A stretch of DNA of 25,307 bases, taken from contig JBIIJW010000001.1 in NCBI GenBank assembly GCA_044233525.1, positions 1 to 25,307 of the forward strand. Reading direction: 5' to 3'. The stretch comes from Ilumatobacteraceae bacterium (GTDB lineage Bacteria; Actinomycetota; Acidimicrobiia; Acidimicrobiales; Ilumatobacteraceae). Position 1 is the first letter of the stretch. Each line of letters begins with the position of its first letter. The translations under genes were made by a program, and so were the position numbers. Under the pieces are notes generated by a model, which saw only the letters and a program-made list of their open reading frames with translations, was not told where the DNA came from and searched no databases. Below are positions 1-8,510 of the stretch, in pieces.

Positions 1-192
1 CAAAAGTCGCTCGTATCGATCAACCATGGCCTTCACTTCATCGGTGGTTTGTGGCTGCTGAGCAATCGCGGGAATCTCTTTTCCTAACTGTCGGCAGAAG
101 GAGCTGCCCGTTCGTTCAGAACCGCCACAAGCAGAAGCGAACAATGCAAACGAGAGAATCGATGCCATGAGGGAGATTCTCTTCGTACACAT
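1..192 (-). CDS. Putative lipoprotein of unknown function, runs off the window (N-terminal 64 codons)
   Basis: Not in the ORF track. Manual reverse-strand translation from ATG 192 is stop-free to base 1: MCTKRISLMASILSFALFASACGGSERTGSSFCRQLGKEIPAIAQQPQTTDEVKAMVDRYERLL. It has a basic n-region, hydrophobic h-region and lipobox-like ASA|C followed by GGS. Alternative start ATG 168. Confidence 0.6.
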   Translation of the reverse strand, partial: MCTKRISLMASILSFALFASACGGSERTGSSFCRQLGKEIPAIAQQPQTTDEVKAMVDRYERLL

Positions 193-233
193 TCCTTTGA
201 TTATTTCAGACGGAGCATCAAGGGGGACTGCAC

Positions 234-1742
234 ATGTATGCAGCAATTGCATCTGCAACATTGGCGGGTGCGTCTGGATCACACATCATGGTGGAGGCTC
301 ACGTGGGGCCGGGTATTCCTGGGTTCACAGTCGTTGGGCTTCCCGATGAAGGATGCCGCGAATCACGAGACCGTGTTCGCGCAGCGATGTTGTCGAGTGG
401 GCTTGAGTGGCCCCAGCGCCGAATCACCATCAATGTGGCGGGAAGCGGCGAACGTCGCGGTGGCACTGGACTAGATCTTGCAATTGCAGTTGGCATTCTT
501 GTTGCGACGGGAATTGTGACATCCGAGTCTGTGCAGGACATCGCATTTCTCGCAGAGTTGGGGCTTGATGGCTCGCTTCGACCAACAACAGGAATCGCAC
601 CACTGGTTGCATCAGTCGAACATTTAGATGTCGTTGTGGCCGAGGGGTCCGTCCATGAGGCATCCATTGCCCAACCGCGCTCTGTTCGAGCGGTGTCAAC
701 GCTTGCTCAACTTGTTGATGTCTTGCATGGTGATGCGTCGTGGACGGTGATGGGCGATGTTCCTGTCGCAAGCGAATCTTGTGTCGACCTCCCCAACATG
801 TCGGATGTGCGGGGACAACCAATGGCTCGACTCGCACTTGAAGTTGCAGCCGCGGGAATGCATCACATGCTGATGATTGGACCTCCCGGTGCAGGGAAGT
901 CAATGTTGGCTCGTCGTTTGTCTGGATTACTTCCGCGTCTGTCACATGATCAGGCATTTCAAGTAGCCATGATTCGAAGTGCAGCGGGGCAATCAGTGGA
1001 CACGCGTCTCACAACAATTCCGCCGTATCGCGCACCGCACCACAGCATCTCAATGATGGGAATGGTGGGTGGTGGTACATCCAATGTTCGGCCTGGAGAA
1101 ATTTCACTGGCATCACACGGAGTTCTCTTTCTTGACGAGATGGGTGAATTTGCTCCCAGCGTTCTCGATGCACTGCGTCAACCATTAGAAGAACGAACGG
1201 TGCGTATCTCCCGTGCGCACGCATCAGTTGAGATGCCCGCTGATTTTCTGCTCGTTGCTGCAACGAATCCGTGCCCATGCGGAGTGGCAGTTCGCGCAAA
1301 TTGTGAATGTTCTGTCGTATCTCGTCAACGGTACTTGCGGCGCTTTAGCGGGCCACTTCTGGATCGTTTCGATATTCGAGTTCATCTCGCACGTCCCAGC
1401 ACGTCGGAGCTCACGGGAGCAACTCGCGGTGAATCAACTGAAGAGATCTCGGAGCGTGTGGCCTATGTGCATCAACGCGCATCCGAACGGCAAGGTTGCG
1501 TTAACGCACGAATCACCGGAGACATGTTGAATGAGGTTGCACCATTGTCTGAGTCTGCGCTGGCGGTTCTTCGTCAGAAGCTTGATGACGGAACATTGAC
1601 AGGTCGCGGTTATCACCGAGTGCGTCGTGTGGCGCGCACATTGGCAGATCTCAACGGTGAGTGGGGAGTGATTGATGAGAAGTGGGTTCAACTCGCTCTT
1701 CAATTCCGAGCCCGCTTGGAATCTGGGATTGTTCCCCGATGA
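234..1742 (+). CDS. comM: YifB/ComM family Mg-chelatase-like AAA+ ATPase
   Basis: N-terminal VGLPD..RESRDRVRAA; Walker A GPPGAGKS; PYRAPHHS; GEISLASHGVLFLDEMGEF; LRQPLEE; ATNPCPCG; SGPLLDRFD. SD-like AGGGGG precedes ATG 234. Confidence 0.93.
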   Translation: MYAAIASATLAGASGSHIMVEAHVGPGIPGFTVVGLPDEGCRESRDRVRAAMLSSGLEWPQRRITINVAGSGERRGGTGLDLAIAVGILVATGIVTSESVQDIAFLAELGLDGSLRPTTGIAPLVASVEHLDVVVAEGSVHEASIAQPRSVRAVSTLAQLVDVLHGDASWTVMGDVPVASESCVDLPNMSDVRGQPMARLALEVAAAGMHHMLMIGPPGAGKSMLARRLSGLLPRLSHDQAFQVAMIRSAAGQSVDTRLTTIPPYRAPHHSISMMGMVGGGTSNVRPGEISLASHGVLFLDEMGEFAPSVLDALRQPLEERTVRISRAHASVEMPADFLLVAATNPCPCGVAVRANCECSVVSRQRYLRRFSGPLLDRFDIRVHLARPSTSELTGATRGESTEEISERVAYVHQRASERQGCVNARITGDMLNEVAPLSESALAVLRQKLDDGTLTGRGYHRVRRVARTLADLNGEWGVIDEKWVQLALQFRARLESGIVPR

Positions 1743-2836
1743 CCCAATCGCTTCCTGAGTGGGCATATGCCGCAGCACTGGCGGCGTTGCCGTTGCAAAC
1801 GCATCATCGACTTCGCCGACTCCTCACAGAGGACAGCGCGCACAACACATGGCATGAACTCATGGGGACAACCAGAGCCCGCGCGGGTCTTGCGCTCGAG
1901 GTGTTGGCTACGTGGCGCAAGGTGGATGCTTGTTTTGTGGAGAGGGTGTACAACGACTGTTTAACCAGCAATATCTCGGTCATCACGCGCCACGATTCGG
2001 CCTACCCGCGACAACTCCTTCTCGATCCAGCTGCGCCCGCTGTGCTCTTTGTGCTTGGCTCACTTTCTTCAACTGCGGTCCGGCGGGTGGGCATTGTGGG
2101 GACGCGCGCCGCAACACAATTTGGAAAACATTTCGCCCAACAACTTGGACGAGAACTTTCCGACAATGGTGTGTGCGTTGTTTCTGGCTTAGCTCGGGGT
2201 ATTGATGTAGAGGCCCACTATGGCGCACTGCAATCAACAAGTGGTGCGGCGCCACTTGCCGTTGTCGCAAGCGGGCCAGACGTTGTGTATCCACGAGAGC
2301 ATCGCCAGATGTGGGAAGCCATGAAAACAAGTGGGGCCATCATCAGTGAATATCCGCCCCGTAGTCAGCCCGAGCCGTATCGATTTCCCCTTCGCAATCG
2401 AATTCTTGCTGGGCTGAGTGAAGTTCTCGTCGTGGTGGAGTCGCGATCAACCGGCGGGTCAATGTTGACGGTGAACGAGGCTATGAAACGTGGCATCACG
2501 GTTATGGCGGTGCCTGGTTCTCCACGAATGCGTCCGAGCGAAGGGACGAATGATTTGTTGCGCGATGGGTGTTCGCCTGTGACGAGTGTGGAGGATGTTC
2601 TTATGGCATTAGGACTAGATACGCAGCGAATTCATGGCACTGCAGAAGTGCGTGCACCACTTTCTTCAGAGCATCTACGCATCATCGATTCCATGAATGG
2701 AGAACCTCGGACAACTGATGAAGTCTCGCTTCTGACTGGCTTGCCGCTCATAGATTGTGCAGTCTCCTTGGGTCGTTTGGAAGAACAAGGATGGGTGGCG
2801 CACAGTGATGGTTGGTGGGAGGCACTCACTCGGTAG
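1739..2836 (+). CDS. dprA: DNA-processing protein DprA (Smf)
   Basis: YP..L, VGIVGTRAAT, VVSGLARGIDVEAH, ISEYPP, FPLRNRILAGLS, VVVES..GGS, AVPGS motifs and a C-terminal winged helix. Start placed at ATG 1739 (ATGA overlap with the comM stop) rather than the track's 1682. Confidence 0.93.
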   Translation: MTQSLPEWAYAAALAALPLQTHHRLRRLLTEDSAHNTWHELMGTTRARAGLALEVLATWRKVDACFVERVYNDCLTSNISVITRHDSAYPRQLLLDPAAPAVLFVLGSLSSTAVRRVGIVGTRAATQFGKHFAQQLGRELSDNGVCVVSGLARGIDVEAHYGALQSTSGAAPLAVVASGPDVVYPREHRQMWEAMKTSGAIISEYPPRSQPEPYRFPLRNRILAGLSEVLVVVESRSTGGSMLTVNEAMKRGITVMAVPGSPRMRPSEGTNDLLRDGCSPVTSVEDVLMALGLDTQRIHGTAEVRAPLSSEHLRIIDSMNGEPRTTDEVSLLTGLPLIDCAVSLGRLEEQGWVAHSDGWWEALTR

Positions 2837-2859
2837 CTCGTGAGAGATACCGTAGAGAC

Positions 2860-4176
2860 ATGAGCGGTGGAGTGAAGTCTCGTGTGAAGCAGGCTGACCG
2901 CTCCGTCTTTGAGGTGGACAAGTTTGTCCGTTCGTTGAGTTGCGGAGATGTGCTTCGCGAAACCCGACGAAGCGATTTGTCTCATGCCTGTGAAGATTTT
3001 CTGGCTCTCGGGGTGCAGGCTCCGCGTGATGTCACATCTGAACATGTGGATCTGTATGTTCGCAGTCTTGAGCAACGCGGCTATTCAGTAGAGACAGTTG
3101 AACAGAGACTTGGAACAGTGTCGTCGTACTTCACATGGTTTCTTCGCACCCATAAACCTGGTCGAGGCGATGAACCATTTCTTCATCCATCGAAAAAAAT
3201 CTTGCCGGCTCATTCTGCATCGTGTTCACAATGTGGTTCTGAATCATCAACCTCATTGAAAGGAGCATGCACTGTACGTGATGGACGCCTTTCAAATTGG
3301 ATGCCGTCAACATTTGAAGATTCCTTAACTGCATCTGCGGCCAATACTCGCGCTGCTTATCGTCGCGACATTGAACTGTTTGCTGAATGGCTCCTTGATG
3401 AAGATCAAGAGATGGCGCCATGTGACGTCACCAAGGAGATTGTTCGCGGATACTTGGCTCACTTGCATGAGTGTGGCGCAACGTCGCGAACTGTTGCTCG
3501 CCGAATCGCTGCGCTTCGTCGCTATTTCTTATGGGCTATTCGCAAGAACATTGCTTCTATCGATCCCACTGAAGCCGTTCATACACCAAAGACCAAGGGC
3601 CGTCTACCGCGACCACTTGATGAGAAAACGGTGGTGTCGCTCATTACAAGCGAAGATCCAGATGCCCCGCAGTGGCGGCGAGCACGTGATCGTGCCATCT
3701 TGGAAATTCTCTACGGCAGTGGCTTGCGTGTCTCCGAGGTGTGCTCACTCCATCTACAAAGCGCGTCATCAGATGGTGCGACATTGCGGGTGATGGGAAA
3801 GGGATCGAAAGAACGAATTGTTCCCCTCAGCGCGCCCGCACGTGAAGCGGTGGGCGAATGGTTGTCGGTTCGACGAGAGGTTGCTGATGAATCGTCAGGC
3901 AATGCCTTGTTCTTAAGTGCACGTGGTAAACCCGTTGGACGTCGCGATGTTGCACGTTTGTTAGATGAGGCATGCGCTCGAGCGGGAATTAGTGGCGGAA
4001 CTCATCCGCACGCCTTGCGCCACTCATTTGCAACTCATCTCATGGACAACGGCGCCGATACACGTTCTATCCAAGAGTTACTTGGCCATAGCGATGCTGC
4101 AACAACTCAGCGGTATACGCACGTGAGTAAAGAGCGACTTCGGGTGGCATATACAGAAACGCATCCCCGAGCATGA
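2860..4176 (+). CDS. xerC: XerC/XerD-family tyrosine recombinase with an extra N-terminal core-binding-like domain
   Basis: Catalytic set intact: GLRVSE (R), GKGSKER (K), HALRHSFATH (H-x-x-R), LGH, TQRYTH (Y). The canonical protein would begin near ATG 3301, but the frame is open from 2812. ATG 2860 is chosen as start; this is uncertain. The xerC rather than xerD call rests on position after dprA. Confidence 0.85.
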   Translation: MSGGVKSRVKQADRSVFEVDKFVRSLSCGDVLRETRRSDLSHACEDFLALGVQAPRDVTSEHVDLYVRSLEQRGYSVETVEQRLGTVSSYFTWFLRTHKPGRGDEPFLHPSKKILPAHSASCSQCGSESSTSLKGACTVRDGRLSNWMPSTFEDSLTASAANTRAAYRRDIELFAEWLLDEDQEMAPCDVTKEIVRGYLAHLHECGATSRTVARRIAALRRYFLWAIRKNIASIDPTEAVHTPKTKGRLPRPLDEKTVVSLITSEDPDAPQWRRARDRAILEILYGSGLRVSEVCSLHLQSASSDGATLRVMGKGSKERIVPLSAPAREAVGEWLSVRREVADESSGNALFLSARGKPVGRRDVARLLDEACARAGISGGTHPHALRHSFATHLMDNGADTRSIQELLGHSDAATTQRYTHVSKERLRVAYTETHPRA

Positions 4177-4925
4177 ACGCACGCCCTATCCGTTACACCA
4201 TTGAGACAGCGTGGGAAGCCTGGCATTCGTCGCAAGAAGTCACTGCGCGTGAGTGGTTGGTGGTTCACTATGCGTCTCTCGTGAAGTTCGTGGCAGGTCG
4301 TTTGGCGGCAGGTTTACCAAAGAGTGTTGACACGGGCGATCTCGTGAGTGCCGGAGTGTTCGGGCTGATGAATGCGATCGACAAATTTGATCCGTCGCAA
4401 GGGTTCAAATTTGAAACATATGCGGTGCCGCGCATTCGAGGTGCCATCTTGGACGGATTGCGTGCACTCGATTGGGTCCCTCGCTCTGTTCGTTCTCGTT
4501 CGCGTTCAGTGCAAGATGCCATCGCGCAACTTGAACACGAATTGGGTCGCACTCCCACAGACGAAGAAATCGCCACCGAACTGAAAATCACCGTTGAAGA
4601 GTTGGAGAAGTGGCTTGCTGATATTGCAGCTGGCTCTGTTGGTCCGTTAGATCACGTTGCAATGGACCGCGCACCTGCTGAAGCGGATGCACATCTTCAA
4701 CCTGGCCGTGCGATGGAAGATGGAGAACTGCGCGATGCCATGCGTGCAGAGATTTCCCGCCTTCCAGAGCGAGAGCAAGCAATTTTGATTCTGTATTACG
4801 AAGACGGATTAACACTGGCGGAAATTGGTGACGCGCTGGGTGTGACGGAGAGTCGAGTGTCGCAAATTCACACAAAGGCTGTGTTGCAATTACGTTCGCG
4901 ACTTGCCGCGGCAGGAATGGGATAG
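4173..4925 (+). CDS. whiG: FliA/WhiG family RNA polymerase sigma factor (sigma-28)
   Basis: LVKFVAGRL, DLVSAGVFGL..AIDKFDP, FETYAVPRIRGAILDGLRALDWVPRSVR, and region 4 LTLAEIG..LGVTESRVSQIHTKA. ATGA overlap with the xerC stop. Confidence 0.88.
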   Translation: MNARPIRYTIETAWEAWHSSQEVTAREWLVVHYASLVKFVAGRLAAGLPKSVDTGDLVSAGVFGLMNAIDKFDPSQGFKFETYAVPRIRGAILDGLRALDWVPRSVRSRSRSVQDAIAQLEHELGRTPTDEEIATELKITVEELEKWLADIAAGSVGPLDHVAMDRAPAEADAHLQPGRAMEDGELRDAMRAEISRLPEREQAILILYYEDGLTLAEIGDALGVTESRVSQIHTKAVLQLRSRLAAAGMG

Positions 4926-4958
4926 CCACGTCGTCACTTCTCTCGTGCACATTTGTGC

Positions 4959-5366
4959 ATGTTGGTGAAACTTCTTGCAGTAGGTGTCATCGCAACTGTT
5001 CCTATTTCGGGAACTGTGGTTCGACATTTTCAGCCGCCGGCGTGTGAACGATGTGCGGGCCATCGAGGGGTGACCTTGAAGACCGCGCCAGAGCAACCGG
5101 TGGTGGCCACGGCCGGTGGAGTGGTGGAATTTTCTGGCTCTGTTGGAGGGCGGTTGTATGTGGTGCAACGCCTTGGCCAACGGGTGCGGGTGACATATGG
5201 GGCACTCACCTCTACTTCTGTTCAGCAAGGACAGGAGGTGTCTGCGGGTGAGACGGTGGGAATCTCTGGCGAGTTCACCTACGTGAGTGTCCGAGTGGGC
5301 GATGTTCATGTTGAGCCCCTACGGGCCTTGGGTCTTGGGCGGCCCCGGCTCGTACCCACCATGTGA
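4959..5366 (+). CDS. Small exported M23/LytM-fold protein, probably non-catalytic
   Basis: Hydrophobic N-terminus, GHRG, V.A..GG.V.F.G, G..V..G..VG pattern of M23 domains; located upstream of rpsB as in other actinobacteria. Start TTG 4953 or ATG 4959. Confidence 0.7.
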   Translation: MLVKLLAVGVIATVPISGTVVRHFQPPACERCAGHRGVTLKTAPEQPVVATAGGVVEFSGSVGGRLYVVQRLGQRVRVTYGALTSTSVQQGQEVSAGETVGISGEFTYVSVRVGDVHVEPLRALGLGRPRLVPTM

Positions 5367-5402
5367 CAGGGCCAGATTGTGGGGGTGCTGGGGTCTCCCC
5401 GA

Positions 5403-5408
5403 TAGTCT
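5403..5408 (+). promoter_or_regulatory. Candidate -10 element (TAGTCT) of the rpsB-tsf promoter
   Basis: TANNNT hexamer about 120 nt upstream of the rpsB start; no clear -35 seen. Confidence 0.35.
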
Positions 5409-5414
5409 TTCAAG

Positions 5415-5524
5415 GGCCTCGCGGAGCACTTGCACCGTGTGGCTACAAGAAATCATGCACATCGGCCAACTGCGGTCGCTTCGGCGTCGGACCGATGTGT
5501 GGACAACCGCAGAAGGAGAAAATC
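5415..5524 (+). ncRNA. Structured rpsB 5' leader (t44/S2-leader-like cis-regulatory RNA)
   Basis: CACATCGG 5458-5465 is complementary to CCGATGTG 5492-5499; CTGCGGT 5470-5476 to ACCGCAG 5506-5512; C(UUCG)G hairpin at 5477-5486; SD AAGGAG at 5513-5518. The 5' boundary is approximate. Confidence 0.55.
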
Positions 5525-6388
5525 ATGGCTGTCGTCTCAATGCGACAAATGCTCGAGGCTGGCGTTCACTTCGGACACCAGACCCGTCGTTGGAATCCGA
5601 AGATGAAGCAATTCATTTTCGGCGAGCGCAACGGAATCCACATCCTCAACCTCGACCAAACCGTCGAGCGCGTTGAAGTTGCTTACGCATTCGTGCGTGA
5701 CCTTGTCGCTAACGGCGGCACCATCTTGTTCGTCGGCACAAAGAAGCAGGCACAAGACCCCATTCGTAATTACGCAGAGAAGTGCGGCATGCACTACGTG
5801 AACGAGCGTTGGCTCGGCGGCATGCTCACGAACTTCGAAACCATTTCGAAGCGCGTTGGAAAAATGCAGGAATACGAGCGCATGAAGGCATCGGGCGAAT
5901 TCGACGCTATGCCAAAGAAGGAAGCACTCCTTCTCACACGCGAACTCGAGAAGCTGCAGAAGAACTTGTCCGGTATGGCTCACCTCAGCCGTCGTCCAGA
6001 TGCAATCTTCGTGTTGGACACAATGAAAGAACACATTGCTGTTACTGAAGCCAACAAGTTGAAGATTCCTGTCATCGCAGTTGTTGACTCGAACGTTGAT
6101 CCAGACGTCATTCAGTACCCAATTCCCGGTAACGACGATGCCATTCGTTCAAACGAACTGCTCACACGCGTCATTGCTGAAGCAGTCATTGAAGGTCGTT
6201 TCATTCATCAGAAGCGCAACCCAGCCGGAGCCGCAGCGTCTGCAGCCCCAGCAGTTCGCACACCTGAGGAAGAAGCAGTGTTTGCAGAACAGCAAGCAGC
6301 TGCTCGTGCACAAGCTGCCGCCGCACAGGCCGAGCGCGAAGCTCGCCTTGCAGCACAGAAGTCCACCGAAGCCCCTGCAGCGGAGTAA
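5525..6388 (+). CDS. rpsB: 30S ribosomal protein S2
   Basis: [47 protein letters not shown]. Strong SD before ATG 5525; the track's 5363 start is an over-extension. Ala-rich C-terminal tail. Confidence 0.98.
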   Translation: MAVVSMRQMLEAGVHFGHQTRRWNPKMKQFIFGERNGIHILNLDQTVERVEVAYAFVRDLVANGGTILFVGTKKQAQDPIRNYAEKCGMHYVNERWLGGMLTNFETISKRVGKMQEYERMKASGEFDAMPKKEALLLTRELEKLQKNLSGMAHLSRRPDAIFVLDTMKEHIAVTEANKLKIPVIAVVDSNVDPDVIQYPIPGNDDAIRSNELLTRVIAEAVIEGRFIHQKRNPAGAAASAAPAVRTPEEEAVFAEQQAAARAQAAAAQAEREARLAAQKSTEAPAAE

Positions 6389-6393
6389 TTCAC

Positions 6394-7182
6394 ATGTCAT
6401 ACACAGCAAAAGACGTCGCAAGCCTGCGCCAATCAACTGGTGCGGGAATGATGGATTGCAAGAAGGCCCTTGAAGAAAGTGGCGGAGACATCGAGGCTGC
6501 AAAGCAGTGGCTGCGCGAAAAGGGTCTTGCAGCAAGTGCAAAGCGCGACGATCGCGACAACGCACAGGGTGTTGTGTCCATCATTGTTGATGGCTTGCGT
6601 GCATCAATCGTGAAGTTGAAGTGCGAAACCGACTTTGTTGCTTCGTCCGACAGCTTCAAGGCAGAAAGCGATGCTCTTGCTGCAGCAGTGTTGGAAAAAG
6701 GCGATGCTGGCGTCGCAGATCGCACATCACAAATCGATGACCTCAGAATTCTCCTCAAGGAAAAAATTGAAGTCGGCGAAACAGTTCGTTTTGAAGCAGC
6801 CGCTGGAAACATCATTGAGTCATACGCCCATATTCAAGGTGGCCGTGGAGTCAATGGCGTGATTGTGGAGATGAGTGGCTCAACAACAGAGCTCGCACAC
6901 GACATCGCAGTGCACATTGCTTTCGCTCGTCCGAAGTACCTCACGCAAGACGAAGTTCCTGCAGATGTGGTTGCGAAAGAGCGCGAGACTCTTGAAACAA
7001 TCACCCGCAATGAAGGTAAGCCAGAACAGGCCGTCGCAAAAATTGTTGATGGCCGTATTGGTGGATTCTTCAAGGATGTGTGTCTCCTCGAGCAGCCATA
7101 TGCGAAGGACGACAAAGTCACCATCAAGCAACTGATTGGCGATGCAAAAATCGTCCGTTTCGCTCAGGTAGAAATCGGCTGA
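6394..7182 (+). CDS. tsf: Translation elongation factor Ts
   Basis: [54 protein letters not shown]. Confidence 0.98.
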   Translation: MSYTAKDVASLRQSTGAGMMDCKKALEESGGDIEAAKQWLREKGLAASAKRDDRDNAQGVVSIIVDGLRASIVKLKCETDFVASSDSFKAESDALAAAVLEKGDAGVADRTSQIDDLRILLKEKIEVGETVRFEAAAGNIIESYAHIQGGRGVNGVIVEMSGSTTELAHDIAVHIAFARPKYLTQDEVPADVVAKERETLETITRNEGKPEQAVAKIVDGRIGGFFKDVCLLEQPYAKDDKVTIKQLIGDAKIVRFAQVEIG

Positions 7183-7183
7183 T

Positions 7184-7909
7184 ATGAGTTCTCGACCACA
7201 GTGGTCCCGCGTTGTGCTGAAGCTTTCGGGCGAAGCACTTGCAGAGCCAAGTGGTTTTGGTCTCGACAACAACATCCTCACGCAAGTTGCAACGGAAGTT
7301 CGCGAAGCGCGTGAAGAGCTAGGCACCGATATCGCCATTGTTGTTGGTGGTGGAAACTTCTGGCGAGGTCTAAAAGGCGCAGGTCAAGGCATGGACCAAG
7401 CACAAGCCGACTTCATGGGAATGTTGGCAACGGTGATGAATGGTCTTGCTTTGCAGGATGCACTTGAACGTGTTGGTCAGCAGTCGCGTGTCATGTCGGC
7501 CATTGAGATGCCGAAAGTTGCCGAGCCCTACATTCGCCGTCGTGCTGAACGCCACATGGAAAAAGGTCGCGTTGTCATCTTGGCGGGCGGTACCGGTAAC
7601 CCGTTCTTCACCACAGATACCGCCGCAGCATTGCGTGCTGCCGAGATTGAGGCACAAGCCATCTTGAAGGGCACACACTCGGGGGTCGATGGGGTGTACA
7701 CCGCGGATCCGAAGCTAGATAAAAACGCCACTCGCTACGACCGAATCAGCCATATGGATGTCATCACGAAGGGCCTCAAGGTCATGGATGCCACCGCCAT
7801 TACGTTCTGTATGGACAAGCAATTGCCCATTGTGGTGTTCGACCTTCTCGCAGAGGGCAACGTGAAGTCCATTCTCAGGGGTGAGCCAGTAGGTACGCTG
7901 GTCGGGTGA
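7184..7909 (+). CDS. pyrH: UMP kinase
   Basis: [65 protein letters not shown]. Confidence 0.98.
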   Translation: MSSRPQWSRVVLKLSGEALAEPSGFGLDNNILTQVATEVREAREELGTDIAIVVGGGNFWRGLKGAGQGMDQAQADFMGMLATVMNGLALQDALERVGQQSRVMSAIEMPKVAEPYIRRRAERHMEKGRVVILAGGTGNPFFTTDTAAALRAAEIEAQAILKGTHSGVDGVYTADPKLDKNATRYDRISHMDVITKGLKVMDATAITFCMDKQLPIVVFDLLAEGNVKSILRGEPVGTLVG

Positions 7910-8463
7910 TTGAAGACACCCTGCTCGAGGCCGTCGACAAGATGGAACGAGCAGTCACCCATGTGCAGGCGCAGTTCTCGTCCGTGAGAACCGGTCGCGC
8001 AAACCCCGCTCTCGTGGAAAAGCTCCTCGTTGAGTACTACGGGTCCACGGTGCCTCTTCAACAGTTGGCTGGCTTTCAAGTCCCTGAAGCTCGCACCCTC
8101 GTGGTCAAGCCGCACGACCGTGGCTCGATGGCTGCCATTGAAAAGTCCATTCGCGAAAGCGACCTTGGCTTACAGCCGTCGAATGATGGTGTGGTGATTC
8201 GTTTGTCGTTCCCCGTTCTCACAGAGGAACGCCGCAAAGAGTACGTAAAGGTCGTGAAAAACATGGCCGAAGATGGTCGCATTGCCATTCGCAATATTCG
8301 CCGTGACGCGCGTAAGCAATTGGAGACGGCCGAGAAGAACTCTGAGTTCTCAAAAGATGATCTTGAGCGCGCAGAAAAAGAACTAGACAAGTTCACGCAA
8401 GAACACATTGAACAAATCGATAAAGCTTTTGCCCGAAAGGAACAAGAGCTGCTCGAGGTATAG
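7906..8463 (+). CDS. frr: Ribosome recycling factor
   Basis: [47 protein letters not shown] overlap with pyrH. Confidence 0.98.
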   Translation: MIEDTLLEAVDKMERAVTHVQAQFSSVRTGRANPALVEKLLVEYYGSTVPLQQLAGFQVPEARTLVVKPHDRGSMAAIEKSIRESDLGLQPSNDGVVIRLSFPVLTEERRKEYVKVVKNMAEDGRIAIRNIRRDARKQLETAEKNSEFSKDDLERAEKELDKFTQEHIEQIDKAFARKEQELLEV

Positions 8464-8510
8464 CAACTTGGGCAACTACGGTTGTCTCAGGAACCCGAAA
8501 GGGGAGAAAT

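Noticed and set aside
2860-4176. Recombinase as a sign of a prophage or genomic island
   Set aside because: It lies in conserved dprA-xerC context with no tRNA, att-like repeats or phage genes nearby.
4946-4959. Inverted repeat TGCACA-TT-TGTGCA before the M23-like gene
   Set aside because: Single 6-bp arm pair with no second copy noticed; compatible with chance.
5397-5404. CCCGATAG as a sigma-28 -10 box upstream of rpsB
   Set aside because: No TAAA-like -35 at the proper spacing; the overlapping TAGTCT housekeeping -10 is a simpler explanation.
5363-5524. 54-aa N-terminal extension of RpsB in the ORF track
   Set aside because: A strong SD precedes ATG 5525, where homology begins; the region is better explained as an RNA leader.
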